Source: Neophaeotheca triangularis
Lineage: Eukaryota
Direction: 5' to 3'
Assembly (NCBI GenBank): GCA_054600435.1
Contig: BAAIJX010000033.1
Span: 62,001-126,000, forward strand
Length of the DNA stretch: 64,000 nucleotides
Each line of letters opens with the position of its first letter. Position 1 is the first letter of the stretch. Below are positions 34,492 to 47,173 of this stretch, piece after piece. A program made the translations under genes and the position numbers. Below the pieces are notes generated by a model. The model was not told where the DNA came from. It did not search any database and saw nothing but the letters and a program-made list of their open reading frames with translations.

Positions 34492-36739
34492 ATGTCGGAC
34501 GCCGTGTGTGGTCCTGCAAACCCTCTTCAACAATTCAAGCAACAGACGCAGCTCGACCGATCGCTGCAACAAGACCGCATTGCTTCCCGTCAGTCTCCCG
34601 GCCAAGGTTTCCGATCGCATGACCCTCGCGCCGGTCTGCTCGACCCTGAATTTGAGGCCTTCCAAGCGGGCGCCGCACCTCTCGACTTGCCGCAACTGCA
34701 GCCTGCTCTCCAAGGCCAAGGTCCATACCAGCAACCTGGCTTCGCAGGCCCATCACAGGCGCCGTCATGGGCAGCTGATTTCCAAAATTTGAACATTTCT
34801 TCCGCGCATCCACCACAAGGCTTCCAGCAGAACAATGGTGGACCCAGCACCGCCGGTTGGGCTCAGGGCTTCCAGCAACAGGTTGCTCAGCAGGCACCGA
34901 GAGCCTATGGGTCTGCTGCCTCGCCACAGGCCTTCCAGCAAAGAGCACGCTATGGTATGAGTGGCTTTCAGAGCAACTTTGCGCAGCCAGCTTTCGCGCC
35001 GAGTACACGGGCGGAAAGCAAGGCGCCCGTCAGCGAACAATTTGACGATGCTGCGTTCGAGCGAGCCTTTGACCAGGCCAGGGAAGAAATGATGCCGGAC
35101 GCTTTTGAGACAGCACAAGCTCCGACATTCGAAGGATCACAGGTGCCTGATCTCAAAGAGATTGCTGGTATGATACAAGGAGCTGAAGTCAAAGGCTTGC
35201 GAGGGGGCCCGCATCTGCCCATGCTTCGAATGCTGCTAGCCGACTCACTCAGAGATGGTGAAAGCCTCGCCGCAGAGAACCTGCCTATATTTCAGGTCCT
35301 GAGGCTGGTAGCCACCGTCAATCCTGCTGAGATTAGTTGGATGCAGCGTGCGTTGACCATACCTGTGCTTGAGCACGTACTCAAACGCGACTTACATTGG
35401 GACACCGCTCACCAGGCCGAGGGAACGCTAGCAGCCTTACTCGGGCGCTATGAAGCGCTGAACGCTACGATGACACCTGAACAGCAAACCCGAGCCGATG
35501 ACCTCAGCACTAAGTACGCAGAATTGTTTCCTAAAGAATTCGAGGTCCGTCCACTGCCGTTAGCCCAAAATCTACCTACTTCAATGCAGCTCGATGTGGC
35601 TAGAGAGGGCAGTGTCGAGAGCCAACTCTTTGGCGGTGACAACAGTCTCGCGCGTTTGTTTGAAAGCCAACGTGGCATCGAGACATTAGCTGGACAAGAC
35701 ATCTTTGCGTTTGACCTAAACTTGACTGCGAACGAGCTTCAATACGAACAAGGTCAGGCTTTCGAGCAAGGCGCCAGTGTCCTCGATGCCCAGGAGGCGA
35801 GAAGCCAGATATTAGCATCCACCCTACAGGCTGTTCGAGAAAGCCCAATGTACCGAGGACTACCTGTTCATCACACTCCTGGAGAGCCTGATTTGGTTGA
35901 TCATGAGGAGACTCTAGCAGACACACTTTCACGATCTGCAGAAGTTTTGAATGAACAGCAAACTAGAGATACGTCTCAAAACCAGGACGACGATGCGCTT
36001 GCGGAGACTGCGGGAGAGCTTTTAGAGAAAGTCAAACATAACAAATCCGACAAGTTCCAGAACAGCCAGTTCTTGGGGCTGATGCGGAGATTGCGGGATC
36101 GGGAGACAAAGGTGGAGGGAGATAAAATGGTCGAGACAGTCAGTGCTCCCCACCCCAAAGTCAGCGATTATGACTCTCTGCATGCTTCTGGCGAGGCTAC
36201 ACCTGCCACGGGTTGGGTTCCTGCCCATAGCCTGCATCATCTCAGCCCTCCTGAAATGATGGTCGCGGACGAATACGCTTTTGATCACTGGGAAAGCCCT
36301 TATAGGTAGCTAGCTAGCTTGCCGTAGCGACGCACGCTGACAGACTCGTGATTAGAACGGCAACACTGCCAGCGCCAAAAACGAGTCGCTGAACGCCTCT
36401 GCTGGTATCGATGCGCCGTACTTTGACAACAGTGAACAACTTCCGGCTCCCTTGAGGCCGTTCAGCCCGATGGCCAGCCTACACACCCAACGCAACCCTG
36501 AGAACGTGATACCACGACATGAACAAGATCATGATGCCGGGCGTATTGATCCGCGCGATGGACAGGACGTAGTTGACCTGCTCAACCAGCCTAGCGACAG
36601 CGAAGCAGGCAACGACATAGGTACGTCGGAAAACGCGCCTCGGGAGGCTGTCAGCCACCCTCGGTGGTGGGAGCCTGAGACAACCCTGCCCGACATGCTG
36701 TACGGGCCGGATGGTACGCTTGAAGGCCCAAGGTACTAG
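34492..36739 (+). CDS. PEX20: Peroxin Pex20-like PTS2 co-receptor; unspliced form stops at 36309, spliced form (intron 36139-36355) stops at 36739
   Basis: N-terminal CGPANPLQQF with conserved Cys, WxxxF motifs (WAADF, WAQGF), FERAFD and the Pex7-binding-type box KFQNSQFLGLMRRLRD. No TPR domain, so not Pex5. Confidence 0.8.
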
Positions 36740-37810
36740 TGAACGCGTGGCCCCGTAGATGCCTCAATTAAGGCGGCAGGGAAGCAGTCGAGTAGACTGC
36801 CTGTCGGTGTTGGGTCTGTCGGAAGGCGCCAAGGACGCGGCTTCACGAAGCTGCCATCTTCGTGCAGTCCGGTCAAACGTGGCTGACGGGGATACAGACT
36901 CCGAGTTCATGATGACATCCCCTTTGTACTGAACCGAGGACGTCCTGTCTCAAAATGCTTTACTGGAGTCTGACGGCGAATCGATCAGGCGCGCCACCTC
37001 GACGAGCCCGTAAACCATCTTTCCTTTATAGCTACCCTGAAATGGGCTATGCTGCTGGCTGCTTTTTCCGGAAAGACATGGAGGCTGAAGGGCTGGTGTG
37101 ACGGCAGGGTTGGCGAAGATATGGGTGTGTGGAGTAGGAAATCGTCAGGAGGTTGAGATGTGCACCTCCGATTCGTACACTGAAATATCTCGTAAGATGA
37201 TGGACGATGTGATGGGCTCAGAATCCTCGCGGTGTTAATGAAGCACAGTCGTATTCTCGGCGCAGTTACTGGGTACGGAATAGCAGTCTTCATCTGCTGA
37301 ACCACGCCTAGAAGGCTCTCCTAACGATTCTCACGACTGCTCTTGCCTCTTTATTATTGCACTTTTGTCCAGTAAGACAGCTGTTAGTGTTCCCCCTCAT
37401 AGTTGGGGCGGACGAGCATTCGTTGAAGGTCCGCGCAACACGAAGTTAAAGGTAACCAACTTCATCATTCCAGAATGGAGGACAAGACACGTCTGCACCC
37501 GCAGCGGTGTTACAAGGCCATGGAAATGCTGGAGACTCACACGTGCTGGAAAGTCTGAATCTCCAACTCTAACTTCATCTGCGTAGGCAATGTCTGGCAT
37601 ATGGATTGCTCTTCAACCTGATTGAGGAAGAATCCGTGGCTCAGCCAGCTGACGGTACAAATCAAGCGTCTGGGTCGGTGTCAGGCTCGACGAGTTTGAG
37701 GTCCAGAGGGGGAACGGCTGAAGATGCAGTCGCAATTACTTGTTGATTAAATAAAGATTAATATGCGCGCTTATGCGGGTCAGCACAGGGTCTTAGTCTT
37801 AGTACTCAAT

Positions 37811-37945
37811 GGTGCCTCGTGAAGTGAAGCGAACGTGCCGCGCCTCGTGCCTCGTGCCTCACACATGCCTAACACGTGCCTCACCTCACATGCTACTAGT
37901 ACCTTATGCTACCTGCCTCACATGCCTCGTGCTTGCTTGCTTGCT
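37811..37945. repeat. Degenerate (GTGCCTC/ATGCCTC)n minisatellite upstream of the Zn2Cys6 gene
   Basis: gcctcgtgcctcgtgcctcacacatgcctaacacgtgcctcacctcacatg...gcctcacatgcctcgtgcttgcttgc. Confidence 0.6.
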
Positions 37946-38602
37946 GCAGTTCCCGCCAAGCTTACCAACTCGCAGTCACCTGACCTGTGCTAGCAGCACT
38001 ACTCAGTACTGTACCTTTTGTTAGGTAGGTACAATAATTGATAACATTACTAGGTTACCTTGCAACACGTGCAAACTGTACCTACTTACTGTATTGTTGT
38101 ACCTTCTAGTCTAGTAATAACTACTTACTTACCTCTTTTCTGACTTTTTCCATGCTTCCAGATAATCCATGCCTGTCGGGGAATAACAACCTACCTTACT
38201 GTAGGTATGTAGGGAAAAAGAAATCCCGCGCTACGCTCGCTCAGCGCAGAGAGTAGTAGTAGTGTCAACTAGTGAGAGACGGGAGCTCGCTTAGGAGAGG
38301 TGGCTTGCGCGCGGCTTAGCGCGACTGATTGGCTGCACCCACTCTGCCTCCCACCCTACTAGTACTAGTACTTCTCCGACATAGTACTTACTACTTACTA
38401 CTAGGCCTCTACCCTTCTTCCTTCGGCTCGTCCTGGTAGATTAGTACACGGTACTCAGTACCTACCTAGGTACTAACTACTCACTAGTTCGCAACAATAG
38501 GCTCAACGGCAGGCCCCGGCCTTGAACACCTGCCCTCGCATACGGCGACAAGGCGAGCAGGGGAGGTCGCGCTAACGCGTGGGCTGCCGTGACGTTCGCA
38601 AC

Positions 38603-40611
38603 ATGGCCGACGAGGTGGACGAGAAGGCTACCGCTACCGCTGCTATTCCTGCTGCTGCTGTCGCTGCTGCTGCTGCCGTCGCGCCCACTGCTACTCATGC
38701 TCATGCCGCTGATACTCCAACGCGCCCGGAACCCCCCAACGAGCACGACCACGGACCCAGGCCCCAGTCCAGGTCCCCGTCAGCGCCAGCCATGCAGCAC
38801 CAGCAGGCCCACCACCAGCAACAGCAGCAGCAGCAGCACTACCCTTACCTTCATCATGCTGTCCAGCCACCTCCCTCAGATCCCTACCGTGCTGCGCACA
38901 GCAACGGCGACCTCGCACTTCCTCCCATACAGCACTTTGAGAGCTCTCCAGCTATGCAGGCGCACTCGCAATCGCAACACCACTACGGCACGCAACCTCC
39001 CCCGCTACAACAACACCCCCACCAGCAACAGCAGCCTCCCTACATACCCACGCAGTACCCGTACTCGAATGGCGCAATCCAGCCAGCTTCGCTACCCTCC
39101 AACGTTGCGCCGCAAACTCAGAACGGCGTCATGCGATACCCTATACCACCACAAACCCCCATTGACTCGAGGCAAATGTCTGGAGGGCGTCACAAGAAAG
39201 AAATAAAGAGGCGCACGAAGACTGGGTGTTTGACCTGTCGCAAACGTCGGATAAAGGTACGTTGGATATTCTGAACTGGCGCAAGTACGCGCTGCTATGC
39301 GCTATGTCGCGTGTTGTCCCCGTCTTTTGCGGGTATTAGCGAAGGACAAGCGAGGCCGGCCGCTTCGAACTTGTTGCGGATAGACGCTAACAACAGAACA
39401 GTGCGACGAAGCGCACCCCGAATGCCGCAACTGTCAGAAAAGTAAACGGGAATGTCTCGGCTACGATCCTATCTTCAAGCAACAGCCGGGGCCAGCCGCC
39501 ATACAACCAGCTCCATCCATTGTCGCCGAACCGCAGACCTTGCCATCCGTTCCTGCTGTCAACCAGCACCAAAGCTTACACCATGTGGGAGGAGCTCCTG
39601 CCTCAGCAGGCCCACATGATTACAATGCGTCCCTCGACCCAGCTCTTTCCGGTAACGACCCAGATTCAATAGCGTCGGCTCAAAACAGTTATACGACCAC
39701 CCTGAAGCGCGAGAGAAAAGGTAGGCCCGTGAGACTCAGCTCGAAGTCGGAAATATCCATGCTGACATGTTTATCAAGTCAAGAACATTGCAATGGAGCA
39801 ACTCTTTTCGCTCAATGACATTGCGCCTGCCTTTCAAGTACATGAACTTCCACCTTCGCTACCATCGAACTTGCAACAGGATATCGCCGACTTCTACTCG
39901 TACAACTACGCCGCGGGCCTCGACAAGATGTTTGAAACGTCGTGGTACAGCCAACGAGGTCTTGCGCAACTCGAACAGGACGATCAGCTGCTAGACTTTG
40001 TAGCTCAATGCCTTGATCGGTTTCGGACCAAGAGCGAAGACTACCACGCGAGGAAGGGGATCTTGTCTCTTGAAGCACGCCTGATATGGCAATTTGCATG
40101 CATGCCGCGCAACACGCCCCAGAGAGACGCGCATACTTGGGAAGTACTCCCTCGTATTGACACCGTCGAGAACCTCCTGACAGGGCAGTTTCTCCCACCG
40201 ACCCGCATTCCGCCTCCCCCTCGGCCTGGCTCTTTTCCGCAGGACAAAGAGGACGAGCAGGGATTTTGGCACAATCTCGGCAGGTTCGTCTCACTACGGG
40301 ACGACCAGCCGGACTCTACAGTTTTGCAGCACGTCAATGATACCCTTGGAGGCATGCGCGGGATCCTTGGTATGATCGAGGCCCGGGACGTGCTATACTC
40401 GCTAGCCATAGCAAGACACATTGGAGGTCGTATGACGGAATTCCACCCAGGCAGGCGGCTAGTGGCGAGTACCAACGCCGATCATGAGGATCTGAGTAAG
40501 CTGGTGGTGGCGCAGGATTTCACCGCGCAAGAAGAGCAAAGAGGCACGACTCAAGTGGTGCAGAGAATTTGTGGGATGAGCATTCGCAGTTGGGCTCTGC
40601 AAAAGCAATAG
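38603..40611 (+). CDS. Zn(II)2Cys6 transcription factor; introns 39257-39401, 39721-39778
   Basis: Splicing gives RRTKTGCLTCRKRRIK|CDEAHPECRNCQKSKRECLGY. Ala/Gln/Pro-rich N-terminus. Confidence 0.92.
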
Positions 40612-41132
40612 GACGGCTATTTGCAAGGTATGTCCGGCGTCCTCATTCCTGTCACAGGGATGCCTTCTCACCTGCGATGCTAGTTTTACCGAATTCGATG
40701 GACGCCAAGTGAATGGAAGGGGGATGGCGGATTTTTTTTCTGTGCTTGTGAGCGTTTGAGCGGGCATGCAGTTTCTTTACATTGATTCCCCATGGTCGCT
40801 ACAATTTCGACCAGTTTTGGCAGGCTTGGCACTCAATAGCAGCTTTTTGCAGCTAGAAGGGAGAAGGAAGGTTGGTCGGGTGGCTTTGGCGAGATACACC
40901 GTCAGTACCGCCTCGCCGTTACTTGTAGTCAACAATAATTACAGGCAATGCCTCTTTCCTTCGACTTTTACTAGGTACTTACCTTGACGGTATCTGGGGT
41001 GTTTCCTCGTCGGAGCTTGAGCCCAGCTCGAGTGAGCTGCAAATGGGGCCTCACTCGGACGATGGGTCTTCTCCATGGGCCGGCCTTCTCTCATTGACTT
41101 GTACATATTCAACTAACCTGTCTACGATATGT

Positions 41133-42311
41133 TCAACATTCTACAATCTCAACTTCAATCCAGCCCGAACCCCCAAGCTTGCCTCCCAAGTCAGCTTGCT
41201 CAGGAACCGGACTCTTGAGCTTGCCGTTCTCAACAGCACTCCTGACATTGCCAATGCAGAATTCCTCCATGGCCGTTTGAGTCTCCAGCGTGTGCGTCCC
41301 CATGTGAGGCAGCAAGCAAACGTTGGGGTTCGAGACGAGCCCTGGATGGACCTTTGGCTCCTCTTCATACACATCGAGGCCGCAGGAGAGCACTTTGCCG
41401 CTGTCGAGAGCTTTTACTAGGGCGTCTTCGTCCATGACGGCGCCTCTGGCTGTGTTGATGACGACGACGCCGTCTCTCATCTTCTCGAACTCTTTCGTGG
41501 AGATGATGTGGCGCGTGTTTTTCTGCACATGACACCCCTGTCAGCGTCGCGCTGCCATGGTTCAACATAAAAGGGGATGGACTCACATTGAGCGGCAGGT
41601 TCAGACTGATGACATCTGACTGAGACAGCAGGTTGTCGAAAGAGACATACTTGGCGCCCCCGGCCACTTCCTCGCTCAAGGGATTGCGGTTGTGGTAAAT
41701 GGTCTTCATACCAAAGGCCTCACACTTCTTCTTCTGGTTGCGACCGATACCCCCCATTCCGAGGATACCGAGAACCTTTCCCTGGGGATCGTTTCCTAGA
41801 CGAGGCGGCGGCGCACCTTTCCACTTGCCCTCCCTGAGAGCCATCATGGAAGTGTTGAAGTTCCGCAATGCGCCTAGAATCAAAAAGACAGCCGTATCCG
41901 CGGTGGCGTCGTCGACTGCTGTCGGTACGTTCGACACCCTCAAGGGCGGCTCCCGTTTCGTCGCCGCATTGACGTCGATCTGGTCGTAACCGGCGCCGTT
42001 GTGCGCGAGGAACTTGAGACTCTTGGGGACTGCGTTGATGAGTTCCTCGTCCCAGATACCCGTGATACCCACGCTGCCGAAGGTGCGGTAGGCGGCCACT
42101 ACACCGTCGAGCGCTCCGCAACGGCACTCCGCGAGGAAGTCTTTCCGGTTGTCGGACTGGGGCGTGATGAGCTCCGCGACGTCAGAGAGACCTTCCCAGG
42201 TTTCCCTCGCGCTGGAGTTGGAGTTAATCGGTGCTTTGGAGCTTCGGTCTTTTAGCCGTTTCCGACTTACTGGTCGATGGCACCTAGCAGCAATACCTTG
42301 GGTTTCGACAT
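41133..42311 (-). CDS. D-isomer-specific 2-hydroxyacid dehydrogenase (glyoxylate reductase-like); introns 42212-42270, 41523-41586
   Basis: MSKPKVLLLGAIDH, GAGYDQIDV, Rossmann GILGMGGIG, INTARGAVMDE, GLDVYEEEP, LPHMGT. Confidence 0.93.
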
Positions 42312-42945
42312 GTTGATTCAGCGCCTGAATGAAGCCGGTACTCTTCGTCGTTGTTTCTTGGGTGTTGATGTCGTCGTTGCGTCCACAAGGTCAAGGTAAC
42401 CGGGCACTCGAACGGCTATTGCGGATTACGGACCCACACTTTGGTAGGAGTCATGTCATCGTCGCCGATCCGAAAGACTGCCAGTCTGCCACGCGTAGGA
42501 AAGAAGACAAGCATTTCTGACAGCCAGCTTCTTGCTTAAGTAAGGTATCATTGCCAATCGCTCTCCTTCACGATTGCAGTATAAAGTCTTCTTGAATGCC
42601 TGTGATGTTAGGGGCGACTTTGTTGCTCGTACAGTAATGACACGATGAAAAGCTGCCAGTACAACGACATTGTACTGATTTTCTAAGAAGCACTACGGGG
42701 TGGCCAAAACTGCTGCTGCGTGCCAGCTTGATCAAAATTGATAGTTGACTAGACAAAGTAGGGGAGATCTGCGTGGGCAGGATAGTAGGTAGTGAGTGAG
42801 TCTGGCTGGGCTGCTTGGTGGGCAAACTTATCTGCCAAGACGCTGCAGCGCCCCCGCGCAAACACCACCACAAACTTGTGTAGTTACAACTATAACGACA
42901 ACCACCCACGCCTTTTCCCACAGTCCGTGTACTCCAACAACAATA

Positions 42946-43662
42946 ATGGAAGGGACACCGTCAATTGACCAACTGCTGAATCTCGTGCCGGACTCACCAG
43001 GCCAAGTACTGGCACATCTTGAGCAGAGTCCAGAGCTTGCCTCTCAACAAGACAGACACGGCTACAGTCTGCTCCACGCCGCAACGTCTTACGGTCAGCT
43101 TGATCTTGCTCGAAAACTGGTCCAGACATACAATGTCGATCCCAACATCCGCGATGAAGACGACGAAACATGCCTCTTCAATGCTGAACAGGTCGACTTT
43201 GCGAAAGAGCTTTTGAAGCTTGGCGTCGCTCTCAATGCCACCAACAGCGACGGACAGACGGCGGCAGAAAAGCTGGATGACGAAGACGAGCAACCATTGG
43301 TCGCGGCGTATCTCAGGGAAGCCGGCTCGGAACCCGCAGAAGCAGCAGCATCAACCATTGCCCAGACCGGTGGGGCAAATGCATCACAGGCAGCTGCGTC
43401 GGGGACTGTTCCAAGCGGTGATGTCTTGCAACACCCGCCTGCTATGCCCAATGGCGTACAAGTGAACTTGGGGACTATGCAGCAGGATGAAGCCGGCGAG
43501 GAGCCAGATCCAGAGTTTAGACGCCGCATCGAAGAGCTTGCGGCGAGACAAGATTTTGAAGGAGAGGAAGGTCAACGCGAGCTCCGTGAACTTATTGCCG
43601 ACGCCGTCACTGGACTTGGCAGCGATGGCCAAGGTGCTGCAACGAGACGCCGAGTTGAATGA
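42946..43662 (+). CDS. Small ankyrin-repeat protein
   Basis: DRHGYSLLHAATSYGQLDL, DPNIRDEDDETCLF, NSDGQTA; C-terminal PDPEFRRRIEELA. Confidence 0.87.
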   Translation: MEGTPSIDQLLNLVPDSPGQVLAHLEQSPELASQQDRHGYSLLHAATSYGQLDLARKLVQTYNVDPNIRDEDDETCLFNAEQVDFAKELLKLGVALNATNSDGQTAAEKLDDEDEQPLVAAYLREAGSEPAEAAASTIAQTGGANASQAAASGTVPSGDVLQHPPAMPNGVQVNLGTMQQDEAGEEPDPEFRRRIEELAARQDFEGEEGQRELRELIADAVTGLGSDGQGAATRRRVE

Positions 43663-44710
43663 AAAATGGACGGACGGACTCAGCCAAGGTTGCATTCCTT
43701 CTTGGGGCATTAATGATTCGAGCAATCCTATGCACGCGGACTTGTACAGATGTCGAGGCTCTCTCTGTATCATCACGGTCGAGGGACGGCAAACGCAAGT
43801 CTCCGTTCGACGTTACCCAGTACTGGTCCACCACTTCGCGCACGACCCTGGTTTAGGACAATGTTGTGGTCGGACCGACTGAAGGGCGGAGCTCGTTGGC
43901 TCTCATCAATCGACAATCGACTCATAGGCCCATGCGTCTATCTCTTACAATCAGCGACGTTGGCGTCCCAGTTCGTGGGGATCATGAGGACTGTCAGTGT
44001 AAAACAAGCTAAAACTGGGAGGTACGATGCACATCTGGTCTCCGACATATCATACGGCCCTGTACTTATCACTCACTACTGTGTTTTCAAACGAGTGAAT
44101 TCAAGCCACACAGTACTATCGCTGATCGAAAGCTTAGCCATGCGTTCTAGAAAAACCTTGGGATGCCCGCATTTTCTCCAGAGTTTAAACCCTCAATGGC
44201 TCTAGGTTTTTCTTTGCATTAGCAAAAATGTCACCCGCGGAAGGTTTTGAGGAACGCCAGTGAACATGTGACATGTCCCGCTCGCGCTCTATTCTGCCGA
44301 AGCTACGTAGTATATAACCCACTCATAGCACGTGATGCATTTCAGCCCGCGAAATCTCCAAACTCCCCACCATTCCGAGACGCTTGGCGCAAGATGGCAG
44401 ACGCTTGTTCCCCGCATTTACCGGCTAGTGGATGGGGGATGATGTCTGGAGATTGGCTGGCGGCTCCATCCCCCTCGTGCCGAATGTTCGATTGTACCGG
44501 ACTACTAGTAACTTAGTAGCCAGTAGACATGGCTGGTGCTGTTTCCTCCATACCTTAAGAGGTATATCTATGCCCATCGCCCTCCACCAGACTCTCGCAG
44601 TCGGTTGCGTCAACTGCTTGCTCTCTTGCTCTCTTGCTCTCTTGCTCGCCCATCCAATCTTTGACCTCTTCCATCCACCCATCCATCCTTTCTTCCCCTC
44701 AACGGCCACG

Positions 44711-46614
44711 ATGAAGTTCGGATGGCTGAAGAAACAGTCCCTACGGACCGATGACCAGCAGAGAACAAAAGCATCTGAATTGACCTTGAAGCAATCCCTC
44801 TACCCCATCATCCTCGTCACATCTCTCTTTTTCCTCTGGGTACGCTTATTTGGGTCTGCTTGAGTCCAGTCAGCGTAACCAGCACTGATTCTACTACAGG
44901 GCTTCTCATACGGTCTGCTCGACACCTTAAACAAACATTTCCAGGAACAACTTGACGTTACAAGAGCACGATCTGCCGGCCTACAAGCTGCATACTTTGG
45001 CGCGTATCCTTTGGCCTCTCTCGGACATGCGAACTACATCTTACGCCGCTGGGGTTACAAACCAACTTTCATCTGGGGTTCGTGGTCTTCTCCCCGCTGT
45101 CGATAGAGTCAAAAGCTAACTAATCACTCGATAGGCTTATGTCTATACGGAATTGGAAGCCTGGTAGCTTGGCCCTGCCTCTTGTACCGCAGCTTCGGAG
45201 GCTTCTGTGGCGGTGCGTAACGTTTTCGTCCCCGTGCAATAATTCACATTGACTGACCTTGTTAGCAATCTTCATCATCGGCAACGGACTTGGATCCCTC
45301 GAAACGGCCGCGAATCCATACATCACCGTCTGCGGACCACCGAAATACTCGGAAATTCGTATCAATATCTCTCAAGCTTTCAACGGCATCGGTACCGTGG
45401 TGGCGCCAGTCTTGGGGAGTTATGTGTTCTTCGGCGACGACCTTGGCGACGGAGATGCAGCTATGCGGAACGTACAATGGGTATACCTGGCCATTGCATG
45501 CTTCGTCTTCCTGCTCGCCGTTGTCTTTTACTTGTAAGGAATCGCCGTCTTCCCCTAAATACGATACTTGCTAATACAAAAAAGTTCTCCGATCCCTGAA
45601 ATCACCGACGCGGACATGGAATTTCAAGCGGAAGCGGCAAATGCTAGAACAGACCAGCAGCCATTTTGGAAGCAGTACCGCCTCTTCCATGCATCGTTTG
45701 CGCAATTTTGCTACACGGGTGCCCAGGTAGCTATAGCAGGTTAGTGGCCCACATTTGATGCTTGCTGGCGGGTAGCAAAGATGCGCGCTGTGCGGTTCAT
45801 GTGTTTGCACGGCACAAAGGGTGGAATGACTAACTCTCCTTCACCATCCAGGCTACTTTATCAACTATGCTGCGGAAACCGACCCCAATATCGATTCGTC
45901 TACGGGGGCTCAGCTGCTCTCTGGGGCCCAGGGCGCTTTTGCGGTCGGTCGCTTCGTGGGATCAGCATTGATGAAATACATGTAAGTATCAACCACACCG
46001 CAAAGCCCACCACCATACGCCCGGGAGACTGACAGCCATCTAGCCGGCCACGCTACGTCTTCATCGTATATTTCACCCTCATTATCGTAAGCTCCCCCAA
46101 ATTCAACGCGGTGTAGCTCCAAACGTTAACCCCGTTCTCACCACTCCAGGTCTTCATCGCACCTTCAATCACTCAGACAGGCCAGACAGGCATCATCATG
46201 CTCTACCTGACCCTCTTCTTCGAGAGCATCATCTTCCCGACAATCATGGCGCTGGGCATGCGAGGTCTAGGCAAGCACACCAAACGAGGCAGCGGCTTCA
46301 TCGTCGGCGGTGTCTGCGGTGGAGCCCTGGTCCCACCGTTGCTGGGAGTCGCGGCCGATGCCCGCAACACAGCCTTCGCCATGATTGTGCCCCTCATGTT
46401 CTTCCTCGCGGCCTGGACGTACGCGTTTTGCGTCAACTTTGTCCCGGCTTATCGAGTCCCTGTGGATATGTTCAGCGAGACAAAGGTTGGCATCGAGACT
46501 ACTTCTGACGAAGAGGTTGGAGGCGTGAAGGGCGAGGAGTTCAAGGCAAAAGACGGGACCGATGGTATTGAGCGGATTTCCAGCGACCATTCTCCTGAAA
46601 TGAAGAAGGCTTGA
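44711..46614 (+). CDS. MFS transporter, FucP/glucose-galactose permease family; introns 44840-44899, 45078-45134, 45213-45265, 45534-45584, 45740-45851, 45982-46043, 46087-46149
   Basis: The spliced product has LFFLWGFSYGLLDTLNKHF, LQAAYFGAY, LETAANPYI, QFCYTGAQV and FFESIIFPTI. Confidence 0.92.
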
Positions 46615-47173
46615 GGGAGAGGCTGTGGCGCGTACAGGGCTAAAGTACCAAACGAATTGAATGAAACCTACCACATAAACTCGGCATTCTCTCTTTCACG
46701 GCATTCTCGGTGCACGCAAGGCAAACACCTGCAAAGACACGCAAGTCTGGCCCAGTGTGCCAATGTCATCACAACAAGCTCTCAACATTCGCAGACATTG
46801 TGTGAGCGCTGTTGATCAATCAGGGGCCGTGAACGATGCGTTGCACATCTGATGACTCGCACTTGCAAGGGTTCAAAGTAGCAATCACATTTCATGAGAG
46901 TGGATTCTACCTTACTATTCAAGGTAAGCGTGCATTCGGCAGTTTCAATAGATTTCGTGAAAATATCTGAGATGACAGTTCGACGAGAGGGCGAAGTGGG
47001 TTTCTCTGGCGGGAGTATGTAGCTCGTTGACTACGATGTTTGCCCCGCCGTCACCACCCAGTTCTCAAACCCTCCCAAAGATGATCAATGCGGTACGATG
47101 CACCTTGGAGCTTTGCGCTCGCCTTTGATGTACCCCATGCTGTAACTTTTTTCTTTCTTGCAGCCTCGCATTC

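Noticed and set aside
36905..36976. ATGATGA...CTGA...CTGA C/D-box snoRNA-like arrangement
   Set aside because: No convincing terminal stem, and I could not match either guide to rRNA or snRNA; it would need snoscan or Infernal.
36985..37600. Short minus-strand ORFs with GTGAGT and CTAAC splice-like words
   Set aside because: No splicing I tried gave a continuous reading frame.
29817..46614. GH28 + Zn2Cys6 TF + dehydrogenase + FucP as a sugar-catabolism cluster
   Set aside because: The genes are spread over 17 kb and interrupted by SEC13, PEX20 and an ankyrin gene; no shared motif seen.
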